From an uncultured Eubacteriales bacterium (GTDB taxonomy: Bacteria > Bacillota > Clostridia > Christensenellales > UBA1242), in contig CARUPR010000002.1 in the NCBI GenBank assembly GCA_949077035.1, positions 4,218-68,217 of the forward strand: a stretch of DNA of 64,000 nt. The letters are read 5' to 3'. This document shows, in pieces, positions 1-7,000 of this stretch. Within the stretch, counting starts at the first letter, position 1. The number at the start of each line of letters is the position of its first letter. A program made the translations under genes and the position numbers. The notes beneath the pieces are model-generated. The model had not been told where the DNA came from. It did no database searches and saw nothing but the letters and a program-made list of their open reading frames with translations.

Positions 1-177
1 AGAAACAAATACCACATTTTCGTTGCCAATTCTATCTCTCATAAATTGAGCAAAAGTATCAGCTCTAAGTGCCAGCCCAACATGAGCAAAATGCAATTCT
101 TTATTGCCGTAAGGCATACCGCAGGTTACAACAGCTTTTTCTGGAAAGGTTGGTCTTGGTCTTACAAATTTTTCCAT
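1..177 (-). CDS. metG: Class I aminoacyl-tRNA synthetase N-terminus, most like methionyl-tRNA synthetase. Only the first 59 codons are in the window.
   Basis: My own reverse-strand translation from the ATG at 177 gives MEKFVRPRPTFPEKAVVTCGMPYGNKELHFAHVGLALRADTFAQFMRDRIGNENVVFVS. It shows the PY-x-N...H-x-x-H (HIGH-type) signature and a MetRS-like RAD..R..R segment. It is absent from the ORF track because it runs off the window. Confidence 0.5.
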   Translation of the reverse strand, partial: MEKFVRPRPTFPEKAVVTCGMPYGNKELHFAHVGLALRADTFAQFMRDRIGNENVVFVS

Positions 178-266
178 TTATTCCTCCGTAATTTGTATAA
201 TTTTCTTATATTGGTTTTAAATAATTTTTTCATTTTTCAATTTTAAATATGTTTTTTAAGTTTGTT

Positions 267-875
267 TTATTTATCATTTTTCAAGAATGACAATTTGCTT
301 TTGATTCTTGTAAGTGCATTGTCAATACTTTTTTTGTTTATGTTTGCAATCTGAGAAATCTCATTGTAATTATAGCCTTCAAGATAAAGTTTTAATATCT
401 TTTTTTCAAGTGATGACAACTTTTCTTGGACGTGAAAATAGATTTCTTCAACATTTTCTTTTTCAACAATCTTATCTTCAAGAGAACTGAAATCTGTCAA
501 TGTTTCAAAACCTAGTTTTTCTTCTTCGTCAAAGGCAGGGTCTTCGGCAATAGAGAGTGCGGAAGATAAAACTCGATTTTTCTCAGAAGATGCAATCTTT
601 ATTGCATTTTGAATTTGATTTTTTATGCAAATGCTGGCAAAAGTCTTAAAAGATGCATTTTTTTGAGGGGAAAAGTGGGTGATTGCCTTATAAAGACCAA
701 TCATACCTTCCTGAACTATATCTTCAATATCACCACCCATTAAAAAATAACTTCGTGAAATCTTATTTACCAAATTTTTATATTTGTTAAGCAGTGTGTT
801 GATTGCCTCTTCATCATAGGTCTGAGCCTTCAATGCCAATTCTTCATCTTGGATTAGCTTGATTTCTTTATTCAT
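267..875 (-). CDS. sigH: RNA polymerase sigma factor SigH (sigma-70 family)
   Basis: SYFLMGGDIEDIVQEGMIGLYKAI (region 2) and YNEISQIANINKKSIDNALTRIKSKL (region 4) closely resemble B. subtilis SigH. An ATGA start/stop overlap with upstream rlmB reproduces the classical rlmB-sigH synteny. Confidence 0.85.
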   Translation of the reverse strand: MNKEIKLIQDEELALKAQTYDEEAINTLLNKYKNLVNKISRSYFLMGGDIEDIVQEGMIGLYKAITHFSPQKNASFKTFASICIKNQIQNAIKIASSEKNRVLSSALSIAEDPAFDEEEKLGFETLTDFSSLEDKIVEKENVEEIYFHVQEKLSSLEKKILKLYLEGYNYNEISQIANINKKSIDNALTRIKSKLSFLKNDK

Positions 876-1591
876 TTCAACCTCTGTCTAACAGTCTCAA
901 ATAAAACAATGCCACAAGCAACACTTGCATTAAGCGAATTGACTTTGCCTAAAAGAGGAAGGGTGATGACGCCATCGCAAGAGTCCAAAACTGTTTTTCT
1001 GATTCCCTTTCCTTCAGAGCCAATTACAATGGCAAGAGGTATATTTAAATTTTGTTTATATATTTCATTTCCGCCAATTTCAGCCCCAAAGACCCAAATG
1101 TCTTGATTTTTAAGATAGTCGATAGCCCTTTTGATGTTGACAACTTTTGCAATTGGCATTTCACTGATTGCACCTGTGCTTGTGCGGATGACTGTTTCAT
1201 TTATCTGGCAAGCCCTGTCTTGAGGAATGATAATTCCGTGAACGCCAGCACATTCGCAGGTTCTTATGATTGCCCCTAAATTGTGAGGGTCTTCAATGCC
1301 GTCAAGAATGACAATAAATGGTTTTTCACTTTCTTTTGCTTTATGCGCAATATCTTCAAGTGAGGTGTATTTAAAGTCGATTGTTTCTGCAATATAACCT
1401 TGATGATGTTCTGTTTTTGATTTTTTGTCAAGTAGGTTTTTTGGAAGAAACTCAAGCTTAATTTTTTTATCTTTAGCAAGCGAGATTATATCATCCTTTC
1501 TTGAAATATAATTTTTGTCTATATAAATTTTTGTGATTGTGGTTTCACTTTGCAATGCCTGTCTAATGGCATTTTTACCTTCAATTTGCAT
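872..1591 (-). CDS. rlmB: 23S rRNA 2'-O-ribose (Gm2251) methyltransferase, SpoU/TrmH family (RlmB/YacO)
   Basis: Contains LDGIEDPHNLGAIIRT, LAIVIGSEGKGI and LNASVACGIVLFE (the SpoU motifs). RBS is GGAGAA. It sits in synteny with sigH and mrnC. Confidence 0.85.
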   Translation of the reverse strand: MQIEGKNAIRQALQSETTITKIYIDKNYISRKDDIISLAKDKKIKLEFLPKNLLDKKSKTEHHQGYIAETIDFKYTSLEDIAHKAKESEKPFIVILDGIEDPHNLGAIIRTCECAGVHGIIIPQDRACQINETVIRTSTGAISEMPIAKVVNIKRAIDYLKNQDIWVFGAEIGGNEIYKQNLNIPLAIVIGSEGKGIRKTVLDSCDGVITLPLLGKVNSLNASVACGIVLFETVRQRLK

Positions 1592-1656
1592 ATAAATTCT
1601 CCATATTAAAGTTTAGCATAACTATTTTAAAATATCAACTATTTTTAAAATCAATA

Positions 1657-1684
1657 TTGACAATTTCTTTTAAAGTGGTATAAT
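1657..1684 (+). promoter_or_regulatory. Near-consensus sigmaA promoter with an extended -10, serving the lipoprotein gene
   Basis: TTGACA (1657-1662), a 16-nt spacer, then TGgTATAAT (TG at 1676-1677, TATAAT at 1679-1684), about 75 nt upstream of the ATG at 1759. Confidence 0.75.
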
Positions 1685-1758
1685 AAATATATAAATTTAT
1701 ATAAATCTTTAATAAAAATTTATATGAAAGATTTAAATAATTTTTAAGGAGATAAAAT

Positions 1759-2100
1759 ATGAAAAATAAAATGGTGGGGGGGGGAATTCTTAAGAAGTTG
1801 GTTCCCTTTATGATGGCTGCTGTTGCAGTGGTTGTGACTGCATTAAGTATGACAGGCTGCACATATAAAGCAAAAGGGGTTACTAAATTTGTTTTTGTAA
1901 AAGATGAATATCTTATTTATAATAGAGTTTTGCATAAGGGTGATGCTTATACTGAGCAATCAGTCATTGATGATATAACTGCTCCAACTCCAATAATTGA
2001 TGCACATTGTGGATTGAAAAGAGGAACAAATATGTATACTCATTCAAAAGAAAAGCCACATGAGAGCGAATATGACTCAATTTGTGATATCTGCTTTTAA
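1759..2100 (+). CDS. Small lipoprotein (113-aa precursor) carrying an in-frame G9 tract
   Basis: Signal peptide MKNKMVGGGILKKLVPFMMAAVAVVVTALSMTGC ends in the lipobox SMTG-C. RBS is AAGGAG. A strong promoter lies upstream and an intrinsic terminator downstream. Confidence 0.7.
   Translation: MKNKMVGGGILKKLVPFMMAAVAVVVTALSMTGCTYKAKGVTKFVFVKDEYLIYNRVLHKGDAYTEQSVIDDITAPTPIIDAHCGLKRGTNMYTHSKEKPHESEYDSICDICF
1776..1784 (+). repeat. Homopolymeric G9 tract within codons 6-9 of the lipoprotein gene
   Basis: The sequence reads atggtGGGGGGGGGaattc. By eye, the only other G/C run this long in the window is at 47651-47659. Confidence 0.95.
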
Positions 2101-2126
2101 TTAAAGATTAATTTTGAAATTTGTTT

Positions 2127-2162
2127 AAAAAAACCTAAGTCAATTGCGACTTAGGTTTTTTT
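2127..2162 (+). terminator. Intrinsic terminator, symmetric with an A-run and a T-run
   Basis: aaaaaaa CCTAAGTC aattgc GACTTAGG ttttttt, located 27 nt after the lipoprotein stop codon. Confidence 0.8.
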
Positions 2163-2185
2163 GTAAACACATGATAGATATAAAT

Positions 2186-2257
2186 AACGTGAGTGCTTTC
2201 TTTAGGAACGCAAGATAGGCACGGACAACGTGAGTGCTTTTATAGAAACGCAAGATA
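2186..2257 (+). repeat. Bipartite direct repeat (two 31-32 nt units, 41-bp period). It is part of an intergenic element also present at 61266-61354.
   Basis: The units are aacgtgagtgctttctttaggaacgcaagata (2186-2217) and aacgtgagtgcttttatagaaacgcaagata (2227-2257). Confidence 0.85.
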
Positions 2258-2265
2258 TACTTATC

Positions 2266-2658
2266 TTATTCATAACCTTTTATAGAAAGATTTAAAATTT
2301 CTTCAAGTCTTGTTTTGTCTTCTTTAATATACAAAAAGCCTATCAATGCTTCAAAGGCAGTTGCATAAGAATAATCTGCCAAGTTTGCATTTTTTGCGTG
2401 ATGTTTTGGTTTTGCATTTCTTGCCCGCCTGACAATATTTTGTTCTTCTTCGCTGAGTAGGTGAAGGATATTTTTTAGTGCTTTTGCCTGAGTTGAAGCT
2501 TTGCAAAATGAGGCGGCTTTATTGTGATAATTTTCAAGTTTTAAATTGCCTTCGCGTAAACAATAATCTCTTACAAACAGGGTGTGAACACTGTCACCAA
2601 TAAATGCTAGAGGGAGAAGGTTTGAGCTTAACAATTCATCTATTTTCTCTTTTTTCAT
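2266..2658 (-). CDS. mrnC: Mini-ribonuclease 3 (MrnC/YazC)
   Basis: LPLAFIGDSVHTLFVRDY and ATAFEALIGFLY match the Mini-III signature. The length (130 aa) fits. Confidence 0.85.
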   Translation of the reverse strand: MKKEKIDELLSSNLLPLAFIGDSVHTLFVRDYCLREGNLKLENYHNKAASFCKASTQAKALKNILHLLSEEEQNIVRRARNAKPKHHAKNANLADYSYATAFEALIGFLYIKEDKTRLEEILNLSIKGYE

Positions 2659-2713
2659 AATTTTTCCTTATTTTTTATCGATTTTTATGTCAAAAATTTA
2701 AAATTATCAATTT

Positions 2714-3808
2714 TTAAACATTAAATCTAAACAATATCACATCTCCGTCCTGGACAATATATTCTTTGCCTTCAATTCTTACTTTGCCTTTTTCCTTGGC
2801 TTTAATATAACTTCCTGCTTCAATTAAATCGCTAAAAGAAACTATCTCTGCTTTAATAAAACCTTTTTCAAAATCTGTATGAATTTTTCCTGCCGCACCA
2901 GGTGCTTTTGTGCCTTTTTTGATTGTCCAAGCGCGCACCTCTTTTTCGCCGGCAGTAAGAAAACTCATAAGGCCCAAAAGGTCATAACTTGCCTTGACAA
3001 GTTTTTCGAGCCCACTTTCATTGATTCCAAGTTCTTCTTTAAACATGGTCTTTTCTTCTTTGTCAAGACCGGCAAGTTCTTCTTCAATCTTAGCGGAAAG
3101 ACTGATGACTTTTGCACCTTCTTTTTCGGCAAAATCTCGCACACGTAAAACAAATTCATTTTCAGGTTTGTTTAAATCATTTTCGCCGATGTTAGCTACG
3201 TAAATTACAGGCTTAGCCGAAAGAAGCTGAAGATTTTTCATTATTTTTTCTTCCTCTTCGCCATCTATTTCAACAGAGCGGGCAGGGAGATTGTTTTCAA
3301 GAGCTTCTTTGATTCTTTGCATAAGGTTTACACCGGCAATCAAACTTTTATCACCAGTTTTGACAAGTTTTGCATCTTTTTCAAGCTTTTTTGAAACCTG
3401 TTCGAGGTCTGAAAGTGCAAGCTCGAGATTGATTATCTCAATGTCACGAATAGGGTCAATTGAGCCATTGACATGGATAATTTTTTCATTTTCAAAACAT
3501 CTTACAACGTGCACAATTGCATCGACTTCACGGATATGACTTAAAAATTTGTTGCCAAGGCCTTCACCTTTGCTTGCACCAGCTACAAGTCCGGCAATAT
3601 CAACAAATTCGATTGATGCTGGGGTGATTTTTTGGGTTGAATAAAAATTGCCTAACACTTCCAGTCTTTCATCTGGGACATCAACCACGCCCACATTAGG
3701 CTCAATTGTGCAAAAAGGGTAATTTGCGCTTTCTGCACCTGCATTTGTAATTGCATTAAATAAAGTACTTTTGCCAACATTTGGCAGTCCTACAACACCT
3801 ATTTTCAT
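2714..3808 (-). CDS. ychF: Ribosome-binding ATPase YchF
   Basis: MKIGVVGLPNVGKSTLFNA provides the P-loop, with FCTIEPN and DIAGLV also present. The C-terminal TGS-like segment reads RAWTIKKGTKAPGAAGKIHTDFEKGFI. Confidence 0.95.
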   Translation of the reverse strand: MKIGVVGLPNVGKSTLFNAITNAGAESANYPFCTIEPNVGVVDVPDERLEVLGNFYSTQKITPASIEFVDIAGLVAGASKGEGLGNKFLSHIREVDAIVHVVRCFENEKIIHVNGSIDPIRDIEIINLELALSDLEQVSKKLEKDAKLVKTGDKSLIAGVNLMQRIKEALENNLPARSVEIDGEEEEKIMKNLQLLSAKPVIYVANIGENDLNKPENEFVLRVRDFAEKEGAKVISLSAKIEEELAGLDKEEKTMFKEELGINESGLEKLVKASYDLLGLMSFLTAGEKEVRAWTIKKGTKAPGAAGKIHTDFEKGFIKAEIVSFSDLIEAGSYIKAKEKGKVRIEGKEYIVQDGDVILFRFNV

Positions 3809-3892
3809 AAGTTTTCCTTTTATATGTTTTAAATTTTTTAAATGTTTTTTTAAAATTTTTTAAAAGTTTTAATTCTTTTTTTAATTTTTTTT

Positions 3893-3946
3893 AAATGTAT
3901 TAATTCTTTAAAATGTATTAATTCTTTAAAATGTATTAATTCTTTT
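3893..3946. repeat. Tandem 18-bp repeat, 3 copies (aaatgtattaattcttta)
   Basis: Copies lie at 3893-3910, 3911-3928 and 3929-3946. More degenerate copies lie upstream. The array is in the ychF upstream intergenic region. Confidence 0.9.
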
Positions 3947-4062
3947 AAAATATTTTAATTTATTTGAATATTTTAAAAATTGTTTTTATTGTTTTTAATG
4001 ACCAATAATTTCACTTTAAAAAGTTTAACCCAAATTGAGTTAAACTTTCTAAAGCTGAAATA

Positions 4063-7000
4063 TTATTCTCCCATTTCTTTTTGTTCTGGCTCTTGTTCTT
4101 TTGGTTTGTTGTTATCATCTTTGACAGTTTCATTTTTGTTTTCTTTTTCAGATGAAATATTTGTATAACTTTCACTTTGTTTTTTGATAGAGTCAGATTT
4201 AAGCCAATCTTTTTCTGGAGCTTGAGCTTTTTCTTTGGCCTTACTAAAGAGCTTAAACAAGTTTCTAAGACCATTTCCACGTTCTCTTCGCTCTTGCTTT
4301 TCAAATGGTTTTTCCATTTTGGTTGTAAGAGCTTTTTTATAAGATGCTGAAAAGTCTTCATTCTTTTCTTGTTGAAGGACTTTAAGGTCATTTCTGATTT
4401 TTTGCAACAATTTTTTCTTTTTATCAGACTTAGCAAGCTCTTCTGGTTTAATTTTAAGACGTCTTAATAAAACAGGGTCGATTGCTTCAAAGTCAATGTT
4501 TGCATCTTTGCACAAGTTTATAAGCAGGGTATAATCGATTTTGTCATCATTTTTGATTTCAACAGCTTGTTTTTCAAAGAATTTGGTGTCGCCTTTAGCA
4601 AAAGCTTCAATTGCTTTGTCAACAATATCTTCAGGCACTCCTTTTTCTGCAAGACTTTCAATGAATCCAACTTTCTTTTCAAATGTTTCGATATCTTGGT
4701 TAAGTTGGTCAAGTTGATTAAGCTCGTCAAGTAAATTCTTATCATCTTCATTAAGAAGGTCTTTCTTAATTTTAAGTGTTTCAATTTCATTTTGCTTATC
4801 TGTAAGGTTGGCATTAACTTGTTTTTCAATACCAGTATTATCAATTTCGTTTAATTTGTTTTTGATATTGTCTTTGTTTTCATCTTTTAAGATGTCTTGT
4901 AAATCTTTTGCATTTAAACCTATGCTTGACAATAATTCATTTGAATAATCTGCAGCTCGTTTTACATCTGCTGATATTTTCTTTTTCATTTTTTTGTCAA
5001 TGATTGCATTGTCTACAAACATATTCAAGAAATTGTAATTATTGTTTTTAATTGATTCTTCCCAACAATATTTAAATTCTTCAGCAATATTTGAAAATTC
5101 TTTAAATTTGTTTTCCTTAATCCAAAGCTCTTTTTGAGCATCGATAGAAAGTCCATTTTTTGAAATTTCTTTATATTCTTTTTTGAATTGACTATTATAA
5201 ATACCAAAATGTTTTGCAATATTTTTAGGTGAAGCTTCTGGATTTTCTACAATATAATCTATTAGCTCTTGCTTATAGTTGCGTTTGAAATTTGCATATC
5301 CGAGAAGTGGTTGAGCGTTTTCTGTTGTTGGTAGTTTGTTTTCTTGTTTTAAAAGATTTAAAATCAAATCGTAGACATTATTAATATCTTCAAGACCATT
5401 TGCTTTCTTCTTGTTTTTATTATGTTTTGCTTTTTGTCTATTAAGCTCATTGTCAACAGTCTTTTCACCCAAAGTTTTATCATAACAATGACTTTCAACC
5501 TTTGCATGAGCATTGAGAATATTGATTTGATTGTTTATAAATTCTTCAGCCTTTTTAATGCTAAATTCCTTACTGCTTGCATCCTTTTCATCTTTTAAAA
5601 TGATTCCTTTTTTATAAATATCATCAAATTTTAAAGAGCCAATATTTGTGGTGATTTTTTTGTTTTTAAGCATATCTGATATTGCGGTTGAAATATCTTT
5701 TCCACTTGAAATTTCTTTAAGTTTGTTGATAAGATTTTGTCTTTCGCTGAGTTTGCCTTCCTCATGTTCTGTAGAAAGATTTAAAGCATCAATAAGTCTG
5801 TTTGTGTTTTGATAGCCTTGAATATTGGTTTTTGCATCGTTTAACTGCTGTTCAAGCATCTCTGTTGTAATATTAAATTTATCGATAGTTTGATTTAACT
5901 TTGTTTTTGAATAGTTGCAACCTGCATCAACCAAAGCTCTATCAAAACAAAGTTCGAAATAGCTGCCATTTAATACATTTTCAATCACATTTATCGTTGA
6001 TTTATAATTATCAATCTTTTCCTTTGACAATTTTATCATATTATCATCAGCAATTGCATTTTCAAAAGGATGGATTTCAATTGCTTTTTCAATGATTGAA
6101 AGGGTGGTTGCAATGTTGGTTAAGTCAACTTCGGTATATCTCATATCCAACATAAATGTATTTTTTAAAGATGTAACTTTATTTAAAACTTCATCTTCTG
6201 ATACATTTAATTGATTGATATTTTTGCCAAAAGTAGTTGAAATATCAGTCAAAATATTTTTGCATAAATCTGATGTTTTTGTTGAAATATTATTAAATAT
6301 TTTGGTTTGTATTGCATTATATGCCTCAGAAAGTTCAATGGCTTTTTCAGACATATTGTTTTGTTTGTCTTTTTGCGAGGATATAGTTGCAATAATTTCA
6401 TCAAATGTCCCTTGATTAGATTCTAAGTTAGGTTTTTTTAAATCTGGCAAGATTATTCCTGATGGGACGCCTTTTTCAAGTGGTGCATCAAATAAATTAT
6501 TGAAATCTGTAAAAAGCTGTGTTATTAAATTTTGACAATCGGTGGTATAAGCATCATTATTAAATTCTTCTAAGATGAATGAATAAGCAAAATCATCTAA
6601 ATTGATATTTGAAGCTATTTCTTTGTCTTTGGTAATAATAGAACGAATTGATTTGTTGAGAATTATTTGTTCTACAGAATTTCTTGCCTCTTGATAACTA
6701 TGAAATTTGTCTTCTTTTTGATTGCTTTCAAGTTCATTCATAACTTTGGCATAATTTGCTGCCTGTTGCAAGTTTGCAATGCTGTCTCTGTTTTCTTTTG
6801 CAATGACATCAATTTTATCTAGCGATGAATTGATGTTGTCATTTGCTGCAATCAAAGAATCAAAAATTTCAACCTTTTCTTCATTTGGCACATCTTTTAA
6901 AATCATGTCAAGTTTTGTTTCATTTATATTCTTGTCAACAGAAAGTCTTCTTATAATGGCATGAGCATAGCGGTCTAATATCTTCTTTCTGGTGACTTGG

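Noticed and set aside
3893-3946. Tandem repeats at 3893-3946, 27642-27775, 39308-39359 and 55383-55463 considered as possible CRISPR arrays
   Set aside because: The repeat units are short, AT-only and contiguous or irregularly spaced, with no unique spacers of 25-40 bp. No cas genes are present in the window.
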